Part shown: positions 1 to 14,987 of the stretch, piece after piece
Layout: the number at the start of each line of letters is the position of its first letter
Position numbering within the stretch: position 1 is the first letter of the stretch
Source: Paraspadella gotoi
Taxonomy: Eukaryota > Animalia > Chaetognatha
Assembly: GCA_051294375.1 (NCBI GenBank)
Contig: CM119264.1
Span: 30,818,091 to 30,882,090, forward strand
Direction: 5' to 3'
DNA: 64,000 nucleotides
Notes under the pieces: generated by a model
The model's database searches: none
Told to the model about the DNA's origin: nothing
What the model saw: the letters and a program-made list of their open reading frames with translations, nothing else
Program-made: the position numbers and the translations under genes

Positions 1-371
1 CACCTCTTCCTCGATCGACCAATCACATCACGCCCCTTCCTCAATCGACCAATCACATCACGGTCACCACGTCCCTTCCGATTTTGACGTCAAACCCAAC
101 GTCAAGTTTTATGACATGTTGCGTGACGTAACTTCGGACGTCGCTGCCCATGACGCGTGTATCGATCGACAACAACAACAACAAAGACAAGAACAACAAC
201 AACAACACCTTCTCGATTATGGAAAAGAAAATCCGGAACATTTGCTTCTTGAACATCAACCGTTTCAACAGCATCAGCAAGAACTCCTTCGACATCACGA
301 AAAACAACAGCAACATTTTCGAGAGAGAAGAAAAAAATCGATTGGGAAACAACAACAACAACAACAACAAG
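1..371 (+). CDS. 5'-truncated coding exon of an unknown low-complexity protein (SIDQSHH repeats, DVKPNV, poly-Q); copy A
   Basis: Frame 2 is open from base 2 to a GT donor at 372. Its phase 1 matches the acceptor at 3238. Confidence 0.5.
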
Positions 372-871
372 GTTCGTCATTTTTATGAAATGTACTTTTC
401 TTTGCCAATGATTTTTTTTTTACTTATTTCGGTATTTTACAACATTAATCAAATTCCATAAAGTACTTTATATGCTGAAGTTTCAATTTAAATTATTTTT
501 ATACAAGTTTTTTACTAGATACTATTTCGACGTACATCTCAAGAATGTAGTCATAGAATGTAGTTTTTTTTTTACACATTTTTCGCACCATTTTTTCCAT
601 GATTGTATCCAAAGCTCAAAGTCTCTAACCTTAATTCCTATTCCTTTATCGTCGCTTTTGTCGTCGTAGTCGTCGTCGTCTATTTTTTCTTAACCTTCCC
701 CTTCCTCCTCCTCTCCCTCCTCCTCCTCTCCCTCCTCCTCCCCCTCCTCCTCTTCTCCCTCCTCCTCCTCCTCCCCCTCCTCCTCTTCTCCCTCCCCCCT
801 TCTCTCTCTCCAAAAACCGCGAAGTCTCAGATAAGAATTGAATTATTCATCAAAAGAAAAAACTAACCTCA

Positions 872-1127
872 CTTTGAGTTAATATTAAACTTTGAGTTAA
901 TCTTAAACTTTGAGTTAATCTTAAACTTTGAGTTAATCTAAAACTTTGAGTTAATCTTAAACTTTGAGTTAATCTTAAACTTTGAGTTAATCTTAAACTT
1001 TGAGTTAATCTTAAACTTTGAGTTAATCTTAAACTTTGAGTTAATCTTAAAATTTGAGTTCATCTTAAACTTTGAGTTAATCTTAAACTTTGAGTTAATC
1101 TTAAACTTTGAGTTAATCTTAAACTTT
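872..1127. repeat. 18-bp tandem repeat (aaactttgagttaatctt), ~14 copies
   Basis: Periodicity directly visible; noisy second copy at ~14270-14525. Confidence 0.95.
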
Positions 1128-1531
1128 TCTCTTCTTCTCATATCTTTATTTTATCAATGAAATCGATATACAAACAATATAGAAATTATCCGTTCATTTA
1201 ATAAATAAGCTATCTTGCCCCTGACTTTGGAAAGGTTTAAGGCCTCCATCACTCTTACAAGATAATGACATAGCAGGTCCCAGCTTTCAATCAAGACTCA
1301 CAGTCTCGTTTATTCACTCCCCGAGAACCTGGCTTCCATATCATTGAAGTTGTATAATAATTTTGTTAAGTGTTTCAATTGTATAAACGGACAATATAAC
1401 TTTCATCAGTTAGCTTTGCTGTTTTGATGTCATTTCGTTATTTTATCATCTTTTTATCACTTATATGCAACTCACGTTCACTCCTGAGCCCAATGCGACA
1501 AATGTTATGGGGATTGAGTGAGAGAGAGAGA

Positions 1532-1584
<53 letters not shown>

Positions 1585-2119
1585 TATTATCACTGATGCA
1601 TGAATGTTTTCTATTTCTCTTTTCTTGTTTCCAATTTGATAAGGACCGTCAGACGACGACGACGACGACGAAAAGGATAATCCTTCACAAATACGAGAAA
1701 TAAACAAACAAACTAACATCATACGTGGAAGTTTTATCAAATGGCGACTTGAACCGAAGAGAAAGAAAAAGGAAGAAATATTATTTAATTACACAAAAAA
1801 TAACCTAATAAAATAGTATTTATTTCGACAACGTTTTCTCTTTCTTTTATTCTTCTTTTTTTTTAGTCAATTAAATTTTCATTTAAGTTTCTCAGCGGAA
1901 ATGAAAAAAAAAGATATATAATCTAATTGAGAAAGTATAATTATATTTTTTTTAATTTTCGCCCTGGGCTAGAAATCCACTATGAAATTAATTTCAATAG
2001 GGGCGGGGGTTCAAAACTTTAGTCTTGAAGTCTAATTTTAGGTAAAAAAAGATTTTTTTAAAAAAGTTTAATTTTAATGCTTTTATTGTTGCTATTAAAA
2101 TTACAATATTACTATATAA

Positions 2120-2540
2120 TGATAAAAAATTTTTTTAATCAATCTTAACTTTTTTTGATGGATTCTGATAGAGCATAAAAAGTTAAATAAAAAATTTAAC
2201 TACAACTTTCCAAAATATTTATGTTTTCTTGGTCAAAATTAAGGAAAAGTAATAAAATTATCAAAAAATGATGATGATGATGATTATAAATAGTTTTTCA
2301 TATTTTTTACATACTTATGATCAAAATATCGAAAAAAGAATTATACTTTGTGTAGACAACTTTTTGCAAGCTACCTGAATCTGATCTTAAAAATAAAAAA
2401 ATCAAAAAAAAATTTTTAGCCTTTCCTATTTATAAATAAATATTAAAAAATTAATATATGGAGTATGGAGTAATATAAAAAAAAATTGTCTATTCAAATT
2501 TTTTTAAAAATGTCTAAATTTTCGTTTGAGCAGGTGCTTA
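2120..2540. repeat. AT-rich interspersed repeat, also at ~15545-16010 (duplication) and ~42440-42750
   Basis: Shared blocks in the same order: ttttttgatggattctgatagagcataaaaag, gatgatgatgatt, gcctttcctat, ttttcgtttgagca. Confidence 0.7.
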
Positions 2541-3237
2541 ATTCAATTTCTTAACCACCTTACAGAGTTAGTCTCTCCCTACCTGGGCTGTTGGTTTCCC
2601 TTCGGTGCAATCGTCTCATTACGTCATTACATCAATTTTGTGTGTGTAGAACGGGGGGAAAAATTATTTTTTTAATTTAATGAAATTAACTCTAGAACAA
2701 TGTTTTTATGTTACAAATTATGTTGTCGCTAATTTGAACCCTAGTGTGGCAAATTTGTTATAGTATGCTTAGGTTTTAGAATACTTTCTATGACACAAAG
2801 TAAAACTTTTTATTGTTTATTACTAATTTGACTACAAACAATTGACGAATTTTCCGATCATCAAAAAATCGTTAAATACGTATGTATTAATTTTCTAAGA
2901 ACGTCCCATTTAGATTTCTTATCTATAAACTTTATTTTAACATAAATATCTCTAGTAGTAGTACTAATCTCTTTCCTAAAGTTTAATTCCAATCCCTAAT
3001 TTTATTTTCTAATTTTAAACCCTGAGTCACTAACCCTAAAACTTTAACCAATCCTTAATCCCTAACTTAAAAACAAACTTAATTCGGAAAAGAGGATTCC
3101 CCAACCATCGACCACCCCTCCATCTACTTCCACCCTAGACCCAACTACCCCGACTCACCAGTGAGTCACCACCTTCAACCACTCTAAACCACCACAAAAT
3201 ATTTCATCGATTCGCAATATCTTTTTTTCTCCTTCAG

Positions 3238-4584
<1,347 letters not shown>

Positions 4585-5534
4585 GTGACAATCCCGTGTT
4601 TTGGTCGATGACCCTTTCTCCTTATTTTTTAGCGTTAAAAGGAAACGTTGACTTCCTCTGGGCCTTATTTTCCCAGAACGCCACATTTTATCTTTAATTC
4701 AAAGTAAATTAAGGAACGGAAATAGGGCGCTTTTGGAAAAGAAAACCTTTTTAAAAAGAATATTGATGAAGACCTGTATCTGTGAAACTTTTCGATTGTT
4801 TATTTGCAAAAAATAGGGAAAGATGTCAACTATTTTTTACCTTTAGAAATCAAATTAAAATAAGTAAGGAAACTATATAAAAAAATAATATTTTATCATC
4901 AGTCAGAAAAAAAAGTATCATCAACTTAAACTTCAAAAATCATTTTTTCCCAATTCCGTTTTCAGACACTGAATTCAAAGTATTGCTATATTCTACTGCC
5001 TGAACTAATTATTTTTTTCTTGCAACATTCAATAGCTTTTTAAATAAGCTATATTTCTTATGAATATTATCTCAAAATTAAAAAAAATAGTGGTGTATTT
5101 AAAGCTAACAAGTGGCTACTTTTTTTTGCGCCGCAGTGTACATGAAAATGCAAAACAGAATACGATTCGTTTTTTATCATTTTTTTCTCTCTTTTCATCC
5201 AACGAAATTAAAGCCGATTTAGATCTGCAATTCCATATTTTTACATTATCTCCATCAGTCTCTACATCAATCTCTCCATCAATCTCTCCATTAATCATCT
5301 ATATATCCAACCAAAATCTTCTTATTGCTTCCGCCGATAAATTTGTCTTCGACTCCATCAAATCTTCAATCGGGGAAATTCGTGTCACATCTATTTCAAT
5401 AAATCGCTTCTGGTCTAATTTCCGGCATTATATCCGGCTCCATTTCCGGCCTACGAGGTTCGTTCCGGCACAATTTCCGCCTCCATTGGTCACCATAATC
5501 GAAAACTATTTCACGCGACTTATTTGGCTTCGAT

Positions 5535-5900
5535 ATCGGCGTCGTTTTCAGGCGTCCTTTCACAGCGTTCTTTGCCGGCGTCGTTTTAGGGCGCCGTTTC
5601 AGGAATCGTTTTCCGACGTCGCTTTCCGCCGTCGTTTTGGGCGCCGTTTTCAGGAATCAATTTCCGGCGTCGCTTTCCGGCGTCGTTTTAGGGCGCCGTT
5701 TTCAGGAATCGATTTCCGGCGTCGCTTTCCGGCGTCGTTTTAGGGCGTCGTTTTCAGGAATCAATTTCCGGCGTCGCTTTCCGGCGTCGTTTTAGGGCGC
5801 CGTTTTCAGGAATCGTTTTCCGACGTTGCTTTCCGGCGTCGTTTTAGGGCGCCGTTTTCAGGAATCGTTTTCCGGCGTCGCTTTCCGGCGTCGTATTACG
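5535..5900. repeat. CpG-rich 52-bp minisatellite built from four 13-bp subunits
   Basis: gggcgccg recurs every ~52 bp; noisy copy at ~19120-19490. Confidence 0.9.
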
Positions 5901-6019
5901 GCATCTTTTCTTTCCTCATTCCACGAAATTAATTTTTCGATTCATTTGTTAGAAAATGATTTCGTCATTCAACTTCTTTTCATTTGTCATTTTTTGACAA
6001 GTTTGCTCTCGAGTTCTTC

Positions 6020-6190
6020 TTATCCTTTAACTTGTGTCATTCAACTTATGTCATTCAACTTGTGTCATTTAACTTATGTCATTCAACTTCTGTCATTAAA
6101 CTTACAATAAGTCATTCAACCTTTGTCATTCAACCTTTATCATTCCACCTTTGTCTTTAAACCTTTGTCATTCCACCTTTGTCATTCAAC
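6020..6190. repeat. ~14-bp degenerate tandem repeat (tgtcattcaactt)
   Basis: Visible periodicity. Confidence 0.8.
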
Positions 6191-6988
6191 CAATTTCTCA
6201 ATTTCCTTTTGATTATTTTCCCATTTTTCAATTTTACTGCAAATTTTGACGAAAAACGAGATTTCTTTCTTTTTTCTTTCTCTTTTTTCTTTTTTTTTTT
6301 GTTCTTTCTTTTCTTTCCATCGAATTTCTTTTGTATCAGAAACAAGAAACAACTCAACGTTTAGTTTTCTTTTGTGTCTTTTGTGTTTAATTAAACTTCG
6401 ATTAATATAAAAAGATTTTTCGGATTTCGTTAAAAAGAAAGTATTAGGAGAAAAATGATGCTAATAATAGAACAAGCTAAAAATTCAAACTGAGTATAAA
6501 ATTATAAAAATAGAAATCTTTTAAATAATCTAAATCTAAATCACTTAATAAACGGCATCAAGAATTTTTGTCCTAATAACTTCACAGCCAGAATCATACC
6601 TCTGAAACAAACAACTGAAACAAAAAAATATTATAATTTTATTGAAATTAAACTCTGAAAAAAGTTATTTTTAGTCATCAAAAGAAGGAAAGTTGTTCAA
6701 ATTTCGCAAAAGAAATTAATTACTTCGTAACGACCAATTTTTTTAGTAAGACATTTGAATAAAAATTATAAACTACTAAATTAATATCGGTTAAACTTTA
6801 ATATGTCCATATATGTCAACATTTTAGAAGTGGGCATACTTTTTTTTTTTCAAAATAAATTTCACAAACGAAATGCTTTTAAGACATTAATGATATCAAT
6901 TGAATTATTGGATTGGATGATCAATATATGATGATCACTTTATGTCATAATACCATGTCATAAGTGACAGACGCCCTTCCTTATCCAG

Positions 6989-7069
6989 GCAATCGCTCCC
7001 GACCGACGACCGACTGAAGAACCTTCTTCATTTCTTCCTCCTCCTCCTCCCTCTTCTCTTCCTCCTCCC
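6989..7069 (+). CDS. Start of a Pro/Ser-rich exon running into an N gap (full noisy version at ~20611-21448)
   Basis: ttatccAG acceptor followed by open frame AIAPDRRPTEEPSSFLPPPPP. Confidence 0.4.
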
Positions 7070-7813
7070 NNNNNNNNNNNNNNNNNNNNNNNNNNNNNNN
7101 NNNNNNNNNNNNNNNNNNNNNNNNNNNNNNNNNNNNNNNNNNNNNNNNNNNNNNNNNNNNNNNNNNNNNNNNNNNNNNNNNNNNNNNNNNNNNNNNNNNN
7201 NNNNNNNNNNNNNNNNNNNNNNNNNNNNNNNNNNNNNNNNNNNNNNNNNNNNNNNNNNNNNNNNNNNNNNNNNNNNNNNNNNNNNNNNNNNNNNNNNNNN
7301 NNNNNNNNNNNNNNNNNNNNNNNNNNNNNNNNNNNNNNNNNNNNNNNNNNNNNNNNNNNNNNNNNNNNNNNNNNNNNNNNNNNNNNNNNNNNNNNNNNNN
7401 NNNNNNNNNNNNNNNNNNNNNNNNNNNNNNNNNNNNNNNNNNNNNNNNNNNNNNNNNNNNNNNNNNNNNNNNNNNNNNNNNNNNNNNNNNNNNNNNNNNN
7501 NNNNNNNNNNNNNNNNNNNNNNNNNNNNNNNNNNNNNNNNNNNNNNNNNNNNNNNNNNNNNNNNNNNNNNNNNNNNNNNNNNNNNNNNNNNNNNNNNNNN
7601 NNNNNNNNNNNNNNNNNNNNNNNNNNNNNNNNNNNNNNNNNNNNNNNNNNNNNNNNNNNNNNNNNNNNNNNNNNNNNNNNNNNNNNNNNNNNNNNNNNNN
7701 NNNNNNNNNNNNNNNNNNNNNNNNNNNNNNNNNNNNNNNNNNNNNNNNNNNNNNNNNNNNNNNNNNNNNNNNNNNNNNNNNNNNNNNNNNNNNNNNNNNN
7801 NNNNNNNNNNNNN
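7070..7813. other. Assembly gap (N)
   Basis: N run. Other gaps lie at 8032-8287 and 61204-61408; 25-N gaps at 8933, 22955, 58195 and 61062. Confidence 1.
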
Positions 7814-8403
7814 GAGTCAGGTTTGGTCATGTAAGAAGGTTAGAAGGTAAGAACTAAGAAGGTTATAAAAGGGTTAGAAGGTTAGAACGAAAGGAGTAAG
7901 TTTAAAGTTACTTGACAAAGGAAAAAAAAAAAAATAATGATAATGACGAATATTATTCAAAAATGAATTAATTATTTATTATTAAAATGTCTTTTTAAGT
8001 CAATTTAGAACAACCTTCGGATCTGAGAAAANNNNNNNNNNNNNNNNNNNNNNNNNNNNNNNNNNNNNNNNNNNNNNNNNNNNNNNNNNNNNNNNNNNNN
8101 NNNNNNNNNNNNNNNNNNNNNNNNNNNNNNNNNNNNNNNNNNNNNNNNNNNNNNNNNNNNNNNNNNNNNNNNNNNNNNNNNNNNNNNNNNNNNNNNNNNN
8201 NNNNNNNNNNNNNNNNNNNNNNNNNNNNNNNNNNNNNNNNNNNNNNNNNNNNNNNNNNNNNNNNNNNNNNNNNNNNNNNNNNNNNNNGATTAAGTATTGT
8301 ATATCGGAAAAATGTTTTAAAATAGGTAAAACCTATATTAAAATTATAAAATAGAGGTATTAAATATATTTGTAAACAAAAAACTATTTATTCTATTTTT
8401 TAG

Positions 8404-8472
8404 ATTCTTATCCTTTATCGGCACCGAGAGCTAAGATGAGAGGAAAGTTTCAAGTCAAGAGCCTTACTCCGG
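8404..8472 (+). CDS. Short internal exon ((D)SYPLSAPRAKMRGKFQVKSLTP), phase 1-1
   Basis: Strong tttttttAG acceptor, GTAAGT donor, and one open frame. Confidence 0.5.
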
Positions 8473-9013
8473 GTAAGTTTTAGACGAGTTTTATAATAAA
8501 TTTATTTTTTAATTTATAATTTAAATATATGCGAAAATTGGAGCAAAGGATTGCTCTTTTTACTGTTTGGGTAATTAACTCGTTTCCCGTTCAAGTCGCT
8601 GGATCGAGAGAAAAAAGAAATTAAATAAATGAGAAACAAAAGGCTAACGCTTCGATCCGGCCGCCGCTCTATATCCCAGCGAAAAAACCACAAAGAAAAA
8701 TATAAATTACTCTAGTGGAATAAGCCTGAACATTTCTCGCTTCATCGATTATAATTGTCATCTATAAATGTATAAAATGATGTAAATGTTCTTTTTTTAC
8801 GTCGAAGCCATTGTGGTGAAATTACGAATCTGTGTTCGGTTTACATTTCCGTCTTGAGATTGTGTTAACCTCAAAGTCCTTTTCAAACTATGAGAGTATC
8901 TGTTTGTCACAATTTGGATATTATTCCTCTAANNNNNNNNNNNNNNNNNNNNNNNNNGAAAGACGAGAGAGAGAGAGAGAGAGAGTAGAGAGAAAGCAGA
9001 GAAGAAGAGAGAG

Positions 9014-9062
<49 letters not shown>

Positions 9063-10029
9063 CGTTTGCTTAAAAAAAAACCACGAAAAACGCCAGAAAA
9101 TCGATCGCGAAATCCGTTTAGTTTTACTTTTTATTTCCCGAGAAAAAAATTAACAGAATTTAAATTAAGATTGAAACATTTTACATTTTTTGGAATAATG
9201 TACGAATATTAATAAACTTTTTTTAGCTTAGCAACAAACAAAGAATCCGTTTTCTTTTCTCAACCTACATTCATTTCTTTCCATAAATTTTTTTTTTCAA
9301 AGTCCATCAAAAAAATATCATAATCTAAGATATATTGTTATATAATTAAGCTGTAATGGATCAATTATCAATAGTATATAATGATGTTGAAATGAGTTAA
9401 TGTTTCTATCGTGTATATTCTTTAAAAATGTTTTAACTGATGAATAAAATTAAACATAAAGAACATGCATCATAACTTTCAAAAAATGGTTTGACCGTAA
9501 ATTAAGAAAAAAAGATACATAACTTCCCTTTTTTATCAATTAAAGATTTGTTTGGACTTCAATTTACTTACTTTTATTTCATTTATTATTTTTACTTTCA
9601 TTTTATTTTAGTTTTTTTCCTAATTTTATTATTTTTATTCTTAGTTTTCTACATTTTTTTATATTAAATTCTTTCGTGATTCTATCTTACGGTTTGTATA
9701 TCGATTTTCAGTATTCCTCTTTTGTCTTTGACTTTTAATTTCGAAAGATTTCGTGGATTTCTTGCTTGTTTTGTTTTTATCGTCTTCATTTCGATCGTCG
9801 TAAAAGATAGTGATCACTCCATGACTCACAGTATCTGTTCGAAAATTCGTATCGTCATCGTCGTTCGGTCGTCGGTCGTCTTGGTAATCGCGGGGCGTTA
9901 GTCTTCGTATCGTCGTCGTCGTACGTTCTTCTTATCTATCATTCTCGTCGTCAAGATAAAAAAATGAAAAAGATTTCAGAAATGTTTTAGCTAACGAGGA
10001 TGATTAGAGGTGTTTATCAAAAATATATT

Positions 10030-10380
10030 TCTTTTTTCTTTTACTTGCTTCGTTCTTTTTCTTATTTCTTTCTTTACCGCTTTCTTTCTTTCTTTACTTG
10101 CTTTCTTTCTTCTTGACTGCTTTTGCTTTTCTTCTTTACTGCTTTCTTTCTTTTTCTTTATTTCTTTCTTTACCTGATTTCTATTTCTTCTTTACTTGCT
10201 TTCTTTCTTTTTTCTTTCTTTACTTGCTTTCTTTTTTTCTTATTTCTTTGTTACCTGATTTCTTTCTTTCTTTTATTGCTTTCTTCTTTCATTTACTTTC
10301 TTTCTTCTTTCTTTCTTTCTTTACTTGCTTTCTTTCTTTTCTTTATTTCTTTCTTTCTTTCTTTTCATTTTTTGCTCGCT
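10030..10380. repeat. TTTC-rich low-complexity tract
   Basis: Base composition; produces spurious F/L/S-rich ORFs. Confidence 0.9.
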
Positions 10381-10612
10381 TCTCTAAAACTCCATATATG
10401 TATACTCTAACAGATATATATTAAACGATTATATCTAAATTTATATCTTTAAGTATATGCATAAATAATTGGTTTCGTAAAAAATTATCAATTTGATTAC
10501 TTATTATTATTTCTGTTGGTTAATGATAAATGGCAGAGTAATGTTCAGAACAAAACATAGAAATTAACCTTATATCACTTCAATCTGCTTTCTCTCTCTC
10601 TCTCTCATCCTC

Positions 10613-10644
<32 letters not shown>

Positions 10645-10820
10645 ATCTCTCTCTCATCTCTCGGCTCTCTCCAGAGATCATCGCCTTTCGAAGTGTATTC
10701 TCATAAAAAAAGTCGTATATGCAAATCAATGGCAGCGGAGAGAAAATGCGAGAGAGTGATAGAGAGAGAGAGAGATAGAGAGAGGAGAGAGAGAGAGAGA
10801 GAGAGAGGACTGAAAAGAGA

Positions 10821-10854
<34 letters not shown>

Positions 10855-12599
10855 CGACGTTAAAATCTACGACTCAAGTAGTAAGTTGTCCGTGAAATGA
10901 TAAGTCGAACAAATTTATCCATTTAAGTGAAACTCTTAATAACTTAATCTTAAAGCGTGTTTCTTGTTGCTCTATTTAAAACTGGTAAAACTATATAAAT
11001 ATCGATTCATTTGATAAAATAAGCAGATCTTGCCCTGACTCTGGACAGGCTTGTCGGTTTAGGCCTCCATCACTTTAGCTGTCAGGTTTATGGTTAGTAC
11101 TCATATTACTGACGAATACGAATTATAATTTGTTTTGAGTTATATTTTTTTATGTTTTCAGACTCAACATTGCATATATAAACGCGTAAATAAGAATATA
11201 TAAATTTAACTTAAAATAAAATTCTAAAAGTAGAAATGAGAATTATTAAAAAAATTTTAAAATTTTAATTTTAACCTACTCAATGAAATATTCATTTTCC
11301 ACAATTTTAATTCAAACCAATCATAAAAAATACAAAATCTAATTCATCTCTACTAAAACAAAAATCATAAAATAGATTAATACATTTGTTCCATTTCACT
11401 ATCCAGTATTCTTCCGCGGAAAAAAAAGACTTTTTTCGTGCCGTTCCAAACTCTTGAAGATAAAAAAAATAAAATATTGGCGCAGACATGAAAATTTTCT
11501 TAGAAGAAAACAAAGGAAGATAAAATAGATATGTACACCAAAAAAAAGTAAATAAGAAAAGAAAAATATCATAAATTCTTACATGATCAATCAAATCGAC
11601 AGATAAAAATGCCAACCAACTGAAAATAAACAAACGATTGTCGTTCGATGATTTTCTGCCACTCGATGTCATTGTGAAGATGTCAGTTATCGAAATGACG
11701 GAAGGTACAAGCAATCAAAACCAAATTTAAATCAATTCTGAAGAATGTCGGTCAAAAATGATCAAGCAACAACCAATAACAGCGAATCTGGGGCAACACA
11801 TTCACTAATCCGTACCAGCCTGAGTCCATAAGCGCAAGCAGCCAGTGGGTCAGAGCGAGAATCGTTCTTCGCCCACCAAGCGCGTCTTGGGTTCGCGCCC
11901 CATTGGGGTTCAAATTGCTAGTAAAGCCGAGAGAACGTGCTAACCCACGAAGTAGAGGCGGGACTACATTCGATCCCCAGTTCTGAAACAGCAACGCAGA
12001 CGGAAATAATTTGACCTTGTCGTGTCGTACTAAAATTTCCAACCAATAAGACATCCATCCTAATCCATGATCTATCATTCGGCGACCCGCAATTAATCAC
12101 GTAATCCAAACATCATTAACTCTAACCATCGAGATCAGACCAGTCATTAATCCTATCCTAAATCGTAATTCCAACCGCCTCATTTCGTTTCAAAAACCAA
12201 GGATCCAAGCAATCAGCCCTCGAACCAATCACCTATCCAACAAATCAGCCTCCGACCCATAAATTATCCAATCCAATCGATAAATGCTCTGCGTCGAAAG
12301 CGACTCTTAGCATCCATCGGCAGAGTTTTGATGAAGATGTACCTCCGCGGAGAGTCAACAGCGAACCGAGGACTGCGGCGTCAGCGGCTTGCGGCTTGCT
12401 TCGGCGGCGGCGGCGGCGGCGGCGGCAGGCGGCGGATGTGGAGGTTTGTATGACGCTTGCATGGAATGATGAGAAACGCGGAGGTCAAACCGCCATTGAA
12501 AAACTGTTCGCCCTTTCCCGCTATTATCCTTTCTCTCTCTCTCTTCTCTTACTTCCTTCTTTTTACTCTCTCTCTCTCTTCTCTCTCTCTCTCTACAGC

Positions 12600-12830
12600 C
12601 CTCTCCCTTCTCCCCTCCCCTTCGTCTCCACGCCCCCGTGGGTTAGGCCCAAAGGCGGGCCCAGCCCACTATCGCTCTCGAACGAAGCGTCACTTTGCCA
12701 CGCAGCTATCTCCGACGCACCTTCGCAAGTTGACGTCACTTCCGGTTCGCCACGCCCACCCGTAAACGTCAACGAGGATCGACGTTCGAGGCGATTCGCA
12801 ACCTCGCGTCAGTGGATTTCGATCACGTGA
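12600..12830. promoter_or_regulatory. CpG-rich promoter-like segment with composite CRE/ETS motif TGACGTCACTTCCGG (12731-12745)
   Basis: Local GC/CpG enrichment just upstream of the first exon of the low-complexity gene; motifs match ATF/CREB and ETS consensus. Confidence 0.35.
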
Positions 12831-13366
12831 CCCACCTCGTTTCAACGAAACCTCGACCATGTTCGATCTCAGCGTCCTCGATACACACATCAAAACAAAA
12901 ACAACTCTTAACCTACAACACTCCTTCCGACAACACTTCATCTCCATCAGTTGGTTGACGCCCTACAACAACACTCCTTCTTGAACACGACTCTTCTTTT
13001 CACACTGCGTCTCAACGCAACATCATCCTTTCTACAACGACTTCCTCTTACAATAACGCCCGTTGGTTCCTTCTCTCAACACACTCTCTTACTTCTCAAC
13101 GCTCTCATCCTCCACTATAACACTCCTTCTCTCCAACGCCACTCCTATCTAACAAACACTCATTCTCATCATTTCTCTTCTACACACGTTCTCCTTTCAA
13201 CAACGCTTCTTTTTATCAGCCACTCCTCGCCATTTTCCACTCCTTCCGCCTTCACCCACTCCGCGCAAGATCACGCCCCTTCCTCGCGTCGGACGATCAC
13301 ATCACGCCTCTTCCTCGATCGACCAATCACATCGCTTCCCCTTCCGTCAACATGACCAATCACATC

Positions 13367-14954
13367 ACACCTCTTCCTCATCGGGACCAATCACATCACG
13401 CCCCTTCCTCAATCGGACCCAATCACATCACGCACCACGTCCCTTCCGATTTTGACGTCAAAAAATCCCAATCGTCAAGTTTGTAATGACATGTTGCGTG
13501 ACCGTAACTTCGACACGGTCGCTGACCCATGACCGCGTGTATCGATCGACAACAACAAACAAAAAGGACAATAACAACACAACAACACCTTCTCGATTAT
13601 GAAAAGAAAATCCGGAACATTCTGCTCTTGAACATTTCAACCGTTCAAACAGCCTCAGAACAAGAACTCCTTCGACATCACGAAAAACAACAGGCAAGAT
13701 TCTCGGAGAGAGAAGAAAAAAATCGAGGGAAACAACAAAACAACAACAACAAACAAGGTTCTTCATTTTATTGAAATGTAGCTTTTCTTTGCAATGATTA
13801 GTTTTTTTACTTATCTTCGGATTATACAACATTAATCAATCCAATTAGTCTTTATATGCTGAAGTTTCAATTTAAAATGATTTTATATAACAAGGTTTTT
13901 GTACTAGTACTATTTCGACGTTACATCTCAAGAATGTCGTCATAGAAATGTAGTTTTTTTTACACATTTTTCGCACCATTCTTCCATGATTGTATCAAAG
14001 CTCAAAGTCTCTAACCTTTAATTCCTATTCCTTTATCGTCGCTTTTGTCGTCGTAGTCGTCGTCGTCTATTTTTTCTTACCTTCCCCTCTCCTGCCTCTC
14101 CCTCCTCTCCTCCCCAACTTCCTCCTTCCCCCTCCTCCTCTTCTCCCTCCTCCTTTCCTCCTCCCCCTCTCCTCTTCTCCTCCCCCCTTCTCTTCTCTCC
14201 AAAAACGCGAAGTCTCAGATAAGAATTGGAAATTATTCAGCAAAAGAAAAAAACTAACCTCGACTTGACGTAATATTAAACTTTGAGTTAATCTTAAACT
14301 TTGAGTTAATCTTAAACTTTGAGTTTATCGTAAAACTTTGAGTTAATCTTAAACTTTGAGTTAATCTCTAAAATTTGAGTTATCTTAAACTTTGAGTTAA
14401 TTCTTAAACTTTGAGTTAATCTTAAAACTTTGAGTTAATCTTAAATATTGAGCTTCATCTATAAACTTTGATTAATCTTAAAACTGTTTGAGTTATCTTA
14501 AACTTTGAGTTAATCTTAAACTTTTCCTTCTTCTCATATCTCTTATTTTATCAATCGAAATCGAATATACAAACAATATAGAATTATCCGTTCATTTTAA
14601 TAAATAAAGCTATCTCTGCCCCTGACTTTGGAAAGGTTTAAGGCCTCCAATACACTCTTACAGTGATGACATGCAGGTCCCAGCTTTCAATCAAGACCAC
14701 AGTCTGTTATTCACTCCCCCGAGAACTGGCTTCCATATCATTGAAGTTGTGATAATAATTTTGTAAGTGTTTCAATTGTATAAAACGGACAATATACACT
14801 TTCATCAGTTAGCTTTGCCTGTTTTGATGTCATTTCGTTATTTATCATCTTTTTATCACTTATATGCAACTCACGTTCACTCTGAGCCAATGCGACAAAA
14901 TTGTTATGGGGATTGAGTGAGAGAGAAGAGTGTGAAGAGAGAGAGAGGACGAGA

Positions 14955-14987
<33 letters not shown>

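Noticed and set aside
1-62. Tandem CCAAT boxes (gaccaatcacatca) as a promoter, also at 13260-13430
   Set aside because: The 30-bp units lie in an open frame (SIDQSHH) that splices in phase downstream, so coding is the simpler explanation.
5060-5743. 227-aa ORF
   Set aside because: Largely made of simple repeats and the 52-bp minisatellite; no recognisable domain.
6958-7830. 290-aa ORF
   Set aside because: Artefact of translating an N gap.
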